DNA of 64,000 nucleotides. It comes from an uncultured Catenibacillus sp. Lineage in GTDB: Bacteria > Bacillota > Clostridia > Lachnospirales > Lachnospiraceae. Made by a program: the position numbers and the translations under genes. Of this stretch, positions 37,104-47,564 are shown in pieces. Below the pieces are notes generated by a model. The model made no database searches and was not told the DNA's origin. It was given only the letters and a program-made list of their open reading frames with translations. The stretch lies in contig CAKRHR010000002.1 of NCBI GenBank assembly GCA_934339005.1, positions 41,675 to 105,674 of the forward strand. The letters run 5' to 3'. Position 1 is the stretch's first letter. Each line of letters begins with the position of its first letter.

Positions 37104-39548
37104 ATGATATATATTTTATTTTTATTGGGGATAGCAAGCAGTTTCCTCCTTTGCGGATTATGGAAACAAAATGAAAATATTATTAAAATATGCATAATGA
37201 CATGGGTATTTTATTTTGTTGAATATATTGTGATTAGCGGCATTTTGTTTTGGATAAATATTTATACAATTTCCAGAGCAATAGGAATAGTTTGTGGCGC
37301 AAATATAGTATGTTTTCTGATTCTGTATATTCCCAACAAGAAAAAATTTAATATTGAGTTTCGATTTAAAAAGTATATTATCCCAATTATTATATGTGTA
37401 TGTGCATTGCCTTGTGTATATTCAAAGTTTGAATTTTTCGGAATGGGACAGGATGAAGGCGTGTATCAGACTCAGGCAATTTTATTTATAAACGGTGAAA
37501 CTGGTAATCAATTAGATTTTCCGGAATACCAATCATTGACTACAGATGAGGAGAAAAAATATTATGCTGATGCATTAAAAGAGCAACTCGGAGGATTATA
37601 TAATTATGATGAGATGCTGCCATTTGCTTCGGCAGAAAAAGAATTAAGTGACGTTTCAGCAGTAATGCATGGTGTACCTACATTTTCCGCTATCCTGGCT
37701 TTATGGGGAAAAATGTTTGGAATTAGTCATATGTCAGATATTCAAACATTATTTTATTTGTGTACAATATTTATTCTTTATTTCATATTTGAAAAACTTA
37801 GTTCAAAAAAAAGTATAGCGACAATCTGTACAACACTATTTGCATTTTCACCGCTGATCATATGGGTTAGTAAATCTGCATTGACAGAAATAGAGCTGAC
37901 ATGTTTTGTAGCTTCATTTATATGTCTGATATTGAATCATGATAAAAAGTCGATTTATGCATCTGTTTTACCAATTATTGCATTTTGCTTTTATCATATT
38001 ACAATTTATACTATGATTCCAGTGATTCTTGTGATTTATTGGGTGAGCTATATATATACAAAAAGAAATGAGTACATATATGCGAGTCTGGTTGCTATAA
38101 TTGCTTTTTTAGCAGGTATTACAATGATTGAGATGATTGCAGGTACGTATGCATTTACATACAATTTTGTACCTGTATATCAGATATTGCCATTCGCTTC
38201 AGAGTATAATGTGGTGTATATTATATATGGATGCTGTATATTGGCTGCAGTATTTAGCATTATATTATTAAATTGTCAGGTTTTATCAGTAAGTATTTTT
38301 AAAGGACTTAAAAAAATAAAATATATCATTTTTTATGCGGGAATAGCATGTATTATTGTATTTCAGCTTAAAATAATCTTAAGCACACGAGAAATGTTTT
38401 ATGGGATGAAAAATGCAGCAATTCACACAACATTAATGGGTTTTGCATTGACGACAGGAATTTTCATACCAATTATTGCCGGAGTTATATCATTAATATG
38501 GGCTAAAGAATTTTGGAAAAATCAGCAGAATATCGTAATAATGATATTGTTTTTATATTGTGCAGGCGTCTATTCGTGTATTATGAAACCGTATATACAG
38601 TATTATTATTATTATGCAAGATACATTGCTCCATATATTGTAGTTATATTAGCATTTTCAGTGATTATGTTAAGTAAATTGAATCTGAAAATAGTTAAAA
38701 TAGCAGGGCTGTTGAGTTGGCTGATGTTATTGCCATATGCAGTATTCTGGATTAATCATAAAGATGATACCCGTTTGCTTTGGCAGGACATAGAAAATAT
38801 TGCAGATGAAATTACAAGTGATGATATAGTTGTTATTCATCCGGATGAGATGAAATATTATTATTTGCCGCTTAGAGCTATGACAGGTGCTCGTGCTTAT
38901 GTAGCTGAGAAAGATTATATCGAGCAGATGGAGCAGCTCAGTCAGTACACATCTGGAAATGTATATTATATTCGGCATGATATGGATTTGAAGGATGATA
39001 TGTTGGAAACAATTTATCAAAAAAAATATATTATGTCAGAAGATAACAATATTTTTGATGGAAGATACATTCCGTTCCCAAAGGAGTTATCATATAGCAA
39101 GCATACAATTATTTTAAAAAAATTGTTTAAAGAAGAATTAATCTATGATTTTATGTCAGAGGAACCTTCTTTTGCATTTGATGGTGTAGGTGTCATGGAA
39201 AGTGAATTTCGCTGGACAAATGCTGAAAATATATATGTAAATTGTATGCTGAAGAAGAAAGATTATACAATGAGTATTAATATGGGCGGCAAAGTACCGC
39301 TGAATGAGTTAAATATGGAACAGTATAATCTGGAAGTATTTATTAATAACCAGAGAATAGGTACATCTGTCATTGATACAGAGAATAATGGTAAAAAGAT
39401 AGATATAAACATTCCTGCAAGATATTTAATTGATGGAAAGAATGTTTTAAATATAAAAATGAAACTATGGAGTCCAAGTGAGTATGGAAGTATGGATCCA
39501 AGACAATTAGGCATTCCATTGCAAACAATCGAATTTACAGAGAAATAA
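37104..39548 (+). CDS. Large polytopic membrane protein (814 aa), putative GT-C-fold glycosyltransferase with a C-terminal extracytoplasmic beta-rich domain
   Basis: More than 14 hydrophobic segments. ..FFGMGQDEGVYQTQA.. lies in an early extracytoplasmic loop, resembling the ArnT/PMT-type acidic loop. About 230 aa of soluble C-terminus. Very AT-rich coding sequence. Confidence 0.55.
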   Translation: MIYILFLLGIASSFLLCGLWKQNENIIKICIMTWVFYFVEYIVISGILFWINIYTISRAIGIVCGANIVCFLILYIPNKKKFNIEFRFKKYIIPIIICVCALPCVYSKFEFFGMGQDEGVYQTQAILFINGETGNQLDFPEYQSLTTDEEKKYYADALKEQLGGLYNYDEMLPFASAEKELSDVSAVMHGVPTFSAILALWGKMFGISHMSDIQTLFYLCTIFILYFIFEKLSSKKSIATICTTLFAFSPLIIWVSKSALTEIELTCFVASFICLILNHDKKSIYASVLPIIAFCFYHITIYTMIPVILVIYWVSYIYTKRNEYIYASLVAIIAFLAGITMIEMIAGTYAFTYNFVPVYQILPFASEYNVVYIIYGCCILAAVFSIILLNCQVLSVSIFKGLKKIKYIIFYAGIACIIVFQLKIILSTREMFYGMKNAAIHTTLMGFALTTGIFIPIIAGVISLIWAKEFWKNQQNIVIMILFLYCAGVYSCIMKPYIQYYYYYARYIAPYIVVILAFSVIMLSKLNLKIVKIAGLLSWLMLLPYAVFWINHKDDTRLLWQDIENIADEITSDDIVVIHPDEMKYYYLPLRAMTGARAYVAEKDYIEQMEQLSQYTSGNVYYIRHDMDLKDDMLETIYQKKYIMSEDNNIFDGRYIPFPKELSYSKHTIILKKLFKEELIYDFMSEEPSFAFDGVGVMESEFRWTNAENIYVNCMLKKKDYTMSINMGGKVPLNELNMEQYNLEVFINNQRIGTSVIDTENNGKKIDINIPARYLIDGKNVLNIKMKLWSPSEYGSMDPRQLGIPLQTIEFTEK

Positions 39549-39615
39549 ATTTGTAAAGAAGTTTTTAAAATAGTATTTAAAGATAAATTATATGTGTAAT
39601 TGGAGGTAGCAAAAG

Positions 39616-40605
39616 ATGAAATTAATTATTCAAATACCATGTTATAACGAGGCTGAAACATTAGAGATTGCGTTGAATGATCTGCCAAAACATATCGATG
39701 GCATTGATGTCATCGAATATCTGATCATTAATGATGGAAGTTCAGACAATACAGTGGAAGTTGCAAAAAAATGGGGCGTTAATTATGTTGTAAACTTCAG
39801 AAACAATAAAGGACTGGCAAGAGGATTTATGGCTGGTCTGGATGCATGCCTTAGAAACGGTGCAGATATTATTGTAAATACAGATGCAGACAATCAGTAT
39901 TGTGGTGCAGATATTGAAAAATTAATACAGCCAATTTTACGTGGAGAAGCAGGTATGGTCGTAGGTGAAAGACCTATTGATGATACAGAACATTTTTCAC
40001 CATTAAAGAAAAAACTTCAGCATCTTGGCAGCTGGGTTGTAAGAAAGGCTTCAAAGACAGATATTCCTGATGCGCCAAGTGGCTTTAGAGCGTACAGCAG
40101 AAATACAGCGATGCGCATGAATGTTATTAATGAGTATACATATACTTTGGAAACGATTGTACAGGCCGGACGTAATAAAATGGCGATTACTTCTGTGCCA
40201 ATTCATACAAATCCGGAACTTAGAAAGTCAAGATTATTCCACAGTATGTTTGGCTATGTGAAAAAATCAATGATCACAATTGGTAGAACATATATGATGT
40301 ACCGTCCGTTGGCAGTATTTTCTGCAATTTCTGCAGTGCTTGGTTCATCAGGTATTGCATTGGGTGTCAGATTCATGATCAAACGTGCAAAAGGTAGAGG
40401 CCAGGGAAATGTACAATCTTTGATTCTTGCCAGTATGTTGATTATTATTGCATCTATTGCAGGTGTTATCGGATTATTGGCAGATCTTATCGCAGGAAAC
40501 AGAAAACTTCTTCAGGAAATTCAGTTTGAACTTCGCAGAATGGATTATGGTCCTGGTCATGAAGCACAGAAGAGAAGAAATTCTGTAGATGTAGAGGATG
40601 AATAA
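39616..40605 (+). CDS. GT2 polyprenyl-phosphate glycosyltransferase (GtrB/CsbB/GacI-like: catalytic domain plus two C-terminal TM helices)
   Basis: IQIPCYNEAETL, IINDGSSDNT and TDADNQY, followed by two hydrophobic helices (..LAVFSAISAVLGSSGIALGV.., ..LILASMLIIIASIAGVIGLLADLI..). Confidence 0.8.
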   Translation: MKLIIQIPCYNEAETLEIALNDLPKHIDGIDVIEYLIINDGSSDNTVEVAKKWGVNYVVNFRNNKGLARGFMAGLDACLRNGADIIVNTDADNQYCGADIEKLIQPILRGEAGMVVGERPIDDTEHFSPLKKKLQHLGSWVVRKASKTDIPDAPSGFRAYSRNTAMRMNVINEYTYTLETIVQAGRNKMAITSVPIHTNPELRKSRLFHSMFGYVKKSMITIGRTYMMYRPLAVFSAISAVLGSSGIALGVRFMIKRAKGRGQGNVQSLILASMLIIIASIAGVIGLLADLIAGNRKLLQEIQFELRRMDYGPGHEAQKRRNSVDVEDE

Positions 40606-40607
40606 TA

Positions 40608-41774
40608 ATGAAAAAAGAAAAATTATTGGTAACTGCCTCAACTTTTCCAAGATGGAAAGATGATACAGAACCAAGGTTTGTGTTAGATATTTCAAAGGCA
40701 TTAAATAAATATTTTGATGTGACAGTTCTTGTGCCTGCATGTCCAGGCGCAAAAGATAAGGAAATTTTAGAAGGCGTTAAAGTAATCCGATATCACTATT
40801 TTCCAATACATAAATTTGAAACTTTATGTTATCCAGGGGCAATTGTACCAAGAATAAAAGAAAAGAAAAGTAGAATTATATTAGTTCCTTTCTTATTTTT
40901 GGGATTGTGGATTAATTTATTATGGCGTGTCAAAAAATACGATTATATTCATGCACATTGGTTAATTCCACAGGGAATTATTCAGTCTTTTTTTAGAAAA
41001 AAATATATCGTAACAGGTCATGGCGCAGATGTTGTATCATTAAATAAAGGCTTAATTTTACGTTTGAAAAGAAATACATTAAAAAAAGCATCGGTTGTTA
41101 CTGTAGTTTCTAAACATTTGGAAAATATTGTTAAAGAAATATATCCTCAATCAAAAACGGAAATTTTACCGATGGGATGCTGGACTAAAAATTTTAGTCA
41201 AGATGAAAAAGTGGAGAATTATTTTAATCAGGGAAATAAAAAAGTCCTTTTATTTGTAGGAAGATTAGCGGAGAAAAAAGGGGTTAAATATTTGATTGAA
41301 GCAATGCGTTATATTGATGCTAAATTAGTCATTGTTGGACAGGGACCTCTTGAAAATGAATTAAAAGAGCAAGCACTGATGTATGGTGATAAAGTATGCT
41401 TTATGGGCGCCAGAACACATGAGCAGTTGAAAACGATATATGCATCAGCAGATATTTTTATTGCCCCATCTGTTACTGCAAAAGATGGTGATCAAGAGGG
41501 CTTTGGTTTAGTTATTCTTGAGGCTATGGCATCAGGTTTACCTGTAGTTGCCAGTAATTCTGGAGGAATTCCTGATATTATTAAAGATGGAGTAAATGGA
41601 TTCTTATCAGAAGAAAGAAATCCCAAAAGTATTGCTGAGAAGGTTAATATGATTTTGGATGATGATGAATTGTATAAAAAGATTCAGAAACAATCATTAA
41701 ATACAGTAAAACAATATGATTATGATGTTATCGGAAGAAGATATGCTCGATTAATTAAGGAGAGTACGAAGTGA
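40608..41774 (+). CDS. GT4 glycosyltransferase
   Basis: EGFGLVILEAMASGLPVVASNSGGIPDII. Confidence 0.85.
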   Translation: MKKEKLLVTASTFPRWKDDTEPRFVLDISKALNKYFDVTVLVPACPGAKDKEILEGVKVIRYHYFPIHKFETLCYPGAIVPRIKEKKSRIILVPFLFLGLWINLLWRVKKYDYIHAHWLIPQGIIQSFFRKKYIVTGHGADVVSLNKGLILRLKRNTLKKASVVTVVSKHLENIVKEIYPQSKTEILPMGCWTKNFSQDEKVENYFNQGNKKVLLFVGRLAEKKGVKYLIEAMRYIDAKLVIVGQGPLENELKEQALMYGDKVCFMGARTHEQLKTIYASADIFIAPSVTAKDGDQEGFGLVILEAMASGLPVVASNSGGIPDIIKDGVNGFLSEERNPKSIAEKVNMILDDDELYKKIQKQSLNTVKQYDYDVIGRRYARLIKESTK

Positions 41775-42781
41775 AGGCAATGATTTCTATTATTGTGCCA
41801 ATTTATAATTGCGAAACTACACTACATAAATGCTTAGAGTCTATTAGATGCCAGACTTATACAAATTATGAGGTTATTTTAATAGATGATGGTTCAACAG
41901 ATAATAGTGGGAAAATATGCGAAAAATATAGTCAGGTAGATTCAAGAGTTCAAGTTGTCCATCAGTCTAACAAGGGTGTTTCATCCGCCAGAAACAAAGG
42001 CATAGATATGGCGACCGGTGAATATCTGACATTTGTTGATGCAGATGATTATCTTGATAAAGAACATTTAGCTAATTTATTAAAAGCAATTCATACTACA
42101 GATATAGGGGCTGTTGGTCTGTATAATGTAAAAGATGGTTTGGTTAAAAAGAATATTTTATCTAAATCTTATCGATGGAGCAGTGAAGAATTCTTTTATC
42201 ATGTTGTAGCAGACAATCATATTGGAGGATATTTATGTAATAAACTTTTTATCTCAGATATTATTAAAAAAAATAATATTCGAATGAAAGAGAGTATAAA
42301 AGTATCAGAGGATATGCTTTTTATTTGTGATTATTTACAGTATTGTAAAAGAGGCGGATATATTAATATCCCGACATATTATTATGTTAGCAGTAATAAT
42401 TCTGCAATGCGTGAAATGTATAAAACTCAAAAATTTGATAGAAAAAAAATGTCAACTTTAGATGCTGCCGATGAAATCCTGAAGCTGGGTTATGCAGAAG
42501 GAGGACGTATGGAAGAAGGAAGTGAGTATCGGTTTATTCGTGCCAGATTATGGGCATTAATGAATATGATATTTTGCAGATTTTATGATGCTGAATTAAT
42601 TAGAAGAATTAAATCTTTTTCAGGAAAACAGATAAAGTCATATTTTAATTGTCCGTTTGCTACTACATTGGAAAAAATATGTGTAGTTATGATGCGTATT
42701 TGCCCTAGTATATTATATTTTTTTGGTGTAACCATAGGAAGACCATTTAGTAATATAATTAAGAAAAAAATATTGAATTAA
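41771..42781 (+). CDS. GT2 glycosyltransferase
   Basis: SIIVPIYNCETTLHKCLESIRCQTYTNYEVILIDDGSTDNS; FVDADD. GTG 41771 follows AAGGAGAG and overlaps the upstream stop; ATG 41780 is the alternative. Confidence 0.8.
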   Translation: MKAMISIIVPIYNCETTLHKCLESIRCQTYTNYEVILIDDGSTDNSGKICEKYSQVDSRVQVVHQSNKGVSSARNKGIDMATGEYLTFVDADDYLDKEHLANLLKAIHTTDIGAVGLYNVKDGLVKKNILSKSYRWSSEEFFYHVVADNHIGGYLCNKLFISDIIKKNNIRMKESIKVSEDMLFICDYLQYCKRGGYINIPTYYYVSSNNSAMREMYKTQKFDRKKMSTLDAADEILKLGYAEGGRMEEGSEYRFIRARLWALMNMIFCRFYDAELIRRIKSFSGKQIKSYFNCPFATTLEKICVVMMRICPSILYFFGVTIGRPFSNIIKKKILN

Positions 42782-42794
42782 TGGGAGAGATTGG

Positions 42795-43916
42795 ATGAAA
42801 GTTGTTATAGTTACACAAATGGATATATTCGAGAATTTAAATTATGGTGGCGTAATTGAAGCAAATCGACATTATCAAATGTGCTGTGATATATATGGTA
42901 AAGAAGAAGTAGGGGTTATTATTGTTACAAGTGATAATACAAAAAAATCAAATGATAGAATCAAATATATATATCAAAAACATTCAACTTTAGATGTTGT
43001 TATAAATTGTCTGGCTTTACGTGTAGAGATGGATAAAAAGACAGAAAAAAGCATTGCAGAATTAGTTGATTTAATGAATGCAGAAATTGTATTTTTTGAG
43101 GCATCTTTCTGGTATCGAAGCTTGAAATTACTTAAAAAAAATAGAAAAACGATAGTTTTTATGCATAATATAGAAAAAAATTATGCATGGAACCGTGTTA
43201 AATATAAAAGCATTTTAACATTACCAAGATATTTTGCGTGTAGTTATAATGAAAAAAAGATTTTAAAAGAAGCGGATAAGGTTATTTGTTTAACGGATAG
43301 AGATAGTAGCGGCCTTAAAAAAATGTATGGTAGAAAAGCAGATATGTTATTACCAATTACATTTCAGGATCAATTTAATATAGAAAAAATAAAAAGATAC
43401 GAGAAAAGCGAAGATTTGCAGTTATTATTTGTAGGAAGCAATTTTCCTCCAAATGCAAAAGGGATTTTATGGTTTGTTGATAAAGTAATGCCTAAACTTA
43501 AAAATTGTCACTTAACTATTGTTGGCAAAGGGATGGAAGAGTATCGTAACCAAATAGAAAATGACAAAATTACAGTTGTAGGAACGGTTGATAATACTTC
43601 TGAATATTATTATAAAGCGGATGCTATGGTGATGCCTATATTTTGGGGTGATGGTATGAAGTTAAAAACCGCTGAGGCAATGATGTACGGAAAAATGATA
43701 TTTGCTACAACAGAGGCATTAGTCGGGTATGATATTGAGAAAGTAACACATATATATACATGTAATAATGAAAATGAATTTGAGGGTAAAATAAATCAGA
43801 TTATTGACAGTAAGAAATATAAAAAGTTTTATGAAGATGTTCGAGATAACTTTTTAGCGCATTATGAGACAAAACAGTTAGAAAGTGAATTTCAAAAGTT
43901 CATGAAAGGAATTTAA
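42795..43916 (+). CDS. GT4-like glycosyltransferase (tandem paralogue 1)
   Basis: ..LLFVGSNFPPNAKGILWF.., ..GTVDNTSEYYYKADAMVMPIFWGDGMKLKTAEAMMYGK.. Clear paralogue of the next ORF. Confidence 0.65.
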   Translation: MKVVIVTQMDIFENLNYGGVIEANRHYQMCCDIYGKEEVGVIIVTSDNTKKSNDRIKYIYQKHSTLDVVINCLALRVEMDKKTEKSIAELVDLMNAEIVFFEASFWYRSLKLLKKNRKTIVFMHNIEKNYAWNRVKYKSILTLPRYFACSYNEKKILKEADKVICLTDRDSSGLKKMYGRKADMLLPITFQDQFNIEKIKRYEKSEDLQLLFVGSNFPPNAKGILWFVDKVMPKLKNCHLTIVGKGMEEYRNQIENDKITVVGTVDNTSEYYYKADAMVMPIFWGDGMKLKTAEAMMYGKMIFATTEALVGYDIEKVTHIYTCNNENEFEGKINQIIDSKKYKKFYEDVRDNFLAHYETKQLESEFQKFMKGI

Positions 43917-43917
43917 C

Positions 43918-45048
43918 ATGAAAGTTTTATTTATTACACCAGAGGATATCCCTGAAAAATGTCAAACTGGGGGAATGCAATGTGTGGCCAGAGATTTTCA
44001 GGCCATTCAAAAAATATATGGAGAAAATAATGTTCAAAGAATTTTTGTAGGACCGTCAGATACATTGAAAAATAATAATTCAGTAATGAGTTATCCGATG
44101 ATAGAAAATAGAGTTGATAAATTATTTAATGCACTTAAAGGCAGACGATATTTAAGTAAATCTGTTGAAAATCAATTAATAGAGGCAATTAGGAAATTAA
44201 AAGCGGATATTATATTTATAGTAGGACCATACTTTGGAAGCATGATTAAGCGATTAAAAAATGAAAATACAAAAATCATTTTGATAGAGCAAAATGTTGA
44301 AAAATCTTATTATCAAATGTTAACAAAGAAAAAGAAACATATGTGGTTATTGCAGAAAGCTGTTGAAAAACAGGAAAAATTATCTGTGAATAATTGTGAT
44401 TATATTATTTGTTTAAATCAGAGAGATTCTGATTTGATGAAGGAATGTTATAATCGTACTGCGGATTTCCTTTCATATATAAGTTTTGAGGATCAGTTTG
44501 ATGAAAACAAAGTTAATTTAGAATGTGATAATGAACTTTTATTTATCGGGTCATATTTTGAACCAAATTATGATGGCATTAAATGGTTTATTGAAAATAT
44601 TATGACAAAATTACCTGAGTTTCGATTGAGCATTGTCGGGAAAAATTTTGAAAAAGTAAGACAAGAGTTGGAACAAAAAAATGTGAAAGTTATAGGTACT
44701 GTAGACAATTTAGAAGAATATTATTATCGTTTTCCGGTAATAGTGATGCCTATATTATACGGTGCAGGTATGAAAGTAAAAACTGCAGAAGCTATGATGT
44801 ATGGTAAAACCATATTAGCCTCAGATGAAGCATTAGTTGGATATGAAACTGATGGCATTAAGGGGATTTTTAGATGTAACACAGCAGAAGAATATATAGA
44901 AGTTATTCATGATATTTTTAATAAAAAAAATATTTATAATTTTAACGAGGATCAGCAGAGCGTCAGAAATTTATATTTGGAAAAATATAATACGGCAGGT
45001 TTTGAAAAAAGATTAAAAGAATATTTAGAGGGAGAATGTTTAAGGTGA
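43918..45048 (+). CDS. GT4-like glycosyltransferase (tandem paralogue 2)
   Basis: ..LLFIGSYFEPNYDGIKWF.., ..GTVDNLEEYYYRFPVIVMPILYGAGMKVKTAEAMMYGK.. Confidence 0.65.
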   Translation: MKVLFITPEDIPEKCQTGGMQCVARDFQAIQKIYGENNVQRIFVGPSDTLKNNNSVMSYPMIENRVDKLFNALKGRRYLSKSVENQLIEAIRKLKADIIFIVGPYFGSMIKRLKNENTKIILIEQNVEKSYYQMLTKKKKHMWLLQKAVEKQEKLSVNNCDYIICLNQRDSDLMKECYNRTADFLSYISFEDQFDENKVNLECDNELLFIGSYFEPNYDGIKWFIENIMTKLPEFRLSIVGKNFEKVRQELEQKNVKVIGTVDNLEEYYYRFPVIVMPILYGAGMKVKTAEAMMYGKTILASDEALVGYETDGIKGIFRCNTAEEYIEVIHDIFNKKNIYNFNEDQQSVRNLYLEKYNTAGFEKRLKEYLEGECLR

Positions 45049-46007
45049 CGAATTTGATTTCAATCATAGTTCCAGTGTACAATGTTGAAAATTATATTGA
45101 TGAATGTATAAATAGTGTAATAAATCAAACATATAAATATTGGGAATTATTGCTTGTTGATGATGGAAGTGTTGATGCCAGTGGAGATATATGCGATACA
45201 TATGCTCAGAAAGATTCAAGAATTCATGTATATCATATGCAAAATGGCGGACAATCAGTAGCAAGAAATTATGGCATGGATCAAATGACAGGAGAATATG
45301 TTCTGTTTTTAGACAGTGATGATTTTTTGGCTGAAAATGCTTTGGAAGTAATGTACCAATATGCGAAGCAGTATGATAGTGAAATTGTATGTATTGGTAA
45401 TAGATTGTATAATGAAAATAAAAAGAGTTATATCGGTGAAGCCTATGTTTTTCCTGAAATAATAAAAATGACAGGTGTGGATGCGTTTAAACATATGCTT
45501 ATACGAGACGGGTTAGATAGTAATCCCTGGGGAAAATTATATTTAGCAAAATTATGGGAAAATAGAAGATTTCCGGAAGGGCATATTTTTGAGGATATTC
45601 CGGTAACATATAAAAATATGCTTGAATCTAAATGTGTAGTTAATACAGGAAAGCCTTTATGTACATATAGAATACGTAGTACAAGTGTAACTGGTGTTGG
45701 TTTTTCTGCAAAACGAGAGGATTATACGAAATTTTCGAAAGAAGTTTACCAGTTTGTAAAAGAAAAATATCCTCAGTTTGAAAAAGAAGGAAGAATTTTT
45801 TATTTAAATGCAGTTGTTGAAAATTATTTAAGATTAGGTCGTTTAAATGATAAAAAAGAATTTTTGACATATCATCGATTTTTAAAAACAGAAGTAAAGC
45901 ACTATTTGAAAGATATATTAAAGACGAATTATTTTTCTAATACAACAAAAATAGCAGTTGTATTGAATCTGATGGGAGTATACAGGTTGATCAAAAAGAT
46001 TATTTAA
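45036..46007 (+). CDS. GT2 glycosyltransferase
   Basis: SIIVPVYNVENYIDECINSVINQTYKYWELLLVDDGSVDAS; LDSDD. Confidence 0.8.
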   Translation: MFKVTNLISIIVPVYNVENYIDECINSVINQTYKYWELLLVDDGSVDASGDICDTYAQKDSRIHVYHMQNGGQSVARNYGMDQMTGEYVLFLDSDDFLAENALEVMYQYAKQYDSEIVCIGNRLYNENKKSYIGEAYVFPEIIKMTGVDAFKHMLIRDGLDSNPWGKLYLAKLWENRRFPEGHIFEDIPVTYKNMLESKCVVNTGKPLCTYRIRSTSVTGVGFSAKREDYTKFSKEVYQFVKEKYPQFEKEGRIFYLNAVVENYLRLGRLNDKKEFLTYHRFLKTEVKHYLKDILKTNYFSNTTKIAVVLNLMGVYRLIKKII

Positions 46008-46018
46008 CGAGGAAAAAA

Positions 46019-47554
46019 ATGAGACAAAGGAATTCGATTAGAAATGCATTAATTGGTTTAATAGGTCAAATTTTAACTATGTTGACCTCTTTTGTATGCA
46101 GAATGGTATTTACAAGAATGCTATCTGCTAATTTTTTAGGAATAGAAGGCTATTTTAGTAATATTTTAGTATTATTAAGTTTAAGTGAATTAGGTATTGG
46201 AACTGCAATTACATATTTTATGTATAAACCAATAGCTGAGAATGATACTGAAAAACTAAAACAATTATCATATCTGTATAAATTATTGTACGCTTGCGTA
46301 GGTACATTTGTATTGGTAGCAGGTATTATATTAACACCTTTTATTCATTTATTGATTAAAGAGGTTCCGAAAGAAATTCAGCATATACAGATTATTTTTA
46401 TGTTATACATATTAAATCTGGCGTTATCTTATTTCTTTTCCTATCGTAGAGTTATTATTGAAGCGCATCAACAGATGTATATTACTTCTGCATATTCTTA
46501 TTTTTTAACTTTAGGTCAGCATATTGCACAAATTATTATATTGCTGCTTACTCGAAATTTTATTTTGTATTTGATAATGCAGGTTTTGACTACATTTTTA
46601 ATTAATTTTGTGATTGCATTGAAATCAAAAAAAATGTATCCGTATGCAAGCGAAAAACCTATGAATAAATTGCCAAAATATGAAATAAAAGAGATATTTA
46701 GAAATGTTAAGGCAATGTTTATGCATCGAATAGGAAATGCAGTGGTTAATGGAACGGATAATATTTTAATAGCAAAATTTTCCGGGTTAATTGATACAGG
46801 AATATACTCAAATTATTATCTGATTGTAAAATCATTAACAAACATATTATCTGTTATATTTAACGGATTAACTGCAAGCGTAGGTAATCTAAGCGTTTTA
46901 TCTGATAAAAAATATGTCAGAGAAGTGTTTGAAAAATTGAATTTTTTTGATTATTGCTTATTTTCATTTGCCAGTATAAGTTATTTTGTTGTATCAGAAC
47001 CATTCATGAAATTATGTTTTGGGGAGAGTTACGTTTTCCCGGTCTACGTTAGTGTAATAATTGCATTTAATTTTTATTTATCCGGGATGCGTCAGGTTAC
47101 ATTAAGATTTAGAGATGCAATGGGATTGTTTTACAAAGATCGGTATAAAGCTGTAGCAGAAAGTATTATCAATTTAGTAGTCTCTTTAATATTAGCAAAA
47201 TATTTCGGACTTATAGGTGTGTTTTGGGGTACAGCAATCAGTACTTTAACGACTTCTGCCTGGGTTGAACCTTATATATTGTATAAATATGGTTTTGAGG
47301 AAAAATGTGGAAGTTATTTTAAAGAATATCTGATTTATGGATTGATTACAGTATGTGCAGGCAGTGTCACATATGGAGTTTCTATGTTATACCAGGGAAA
47401 TTTATTATTGAAGCTTATTTATAATATTTTGATATGCTTAATTATTCCTAATATGATAAATTGGTTGCTTTTCAGAAAAAGTACAGTCTTTATATATTGG
47501 AAAAAATTTGCATTTGCGAAGCTGTCAGGAATAAAGCATAGAAATATTCAATGA
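46019..47554 (+). CDS. Wzx-like oligosaccharide flippase (MOP superfamily, polysaccharide biosynthesis protein)
   Basis: 511 aa with about 14 TM segments. N-terminus ..IRNALIGLIGQILTMLTSFVCRMVFTRML....LGIEGYFSNIL.. is typical of Wzx/RfbX. Confidence 0.75.
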   Translation: MRQRNSIRNALIGLIGQILTMLTSFVCRMVFTRMLSANFLGIEGYFSNILVLLSLSELGIGTAITYFMYKPIAENDTEKLKQLSYLYKLLYACVGTFVLVAGIILTPFIHLLIKEVPKEIQHIQIIFMLYILNLALSYFFSYRRVIIEAHQQMYITSAYSYFLTLGQHIAQIIILLLTRNFILYLIMQVLTTFLINFVIALKSKKMYPYASEKPMNKLPKYEIKEIFRNVKAMFMHRIGNAVVNGTDNILIAKFSGLIDTGIYSNYYLIVKSLTNILSVIFNGLTASVGNLSVLSDKKYVREVFEKLNFFDYCLFSFASISYFVVSEPFMKLCFGESYVFPVYVSVIIAFNFYLSGMRQVTLRFRDAMGLFYKDRYKAVAESIINLVVSLILAKYFGLIGVFWGTAISTLTTSAWVEPYILYKYGFEEKCGSYFKEYLIYGLITVCAGSVTYGVSMLYQGNLLLKLIYNILICLIIPNMINWLLFRKSTVFIYWKKFAFAKLSGIKHRNIQ

Positions 47555-47564
47555 GGGAAATGAC

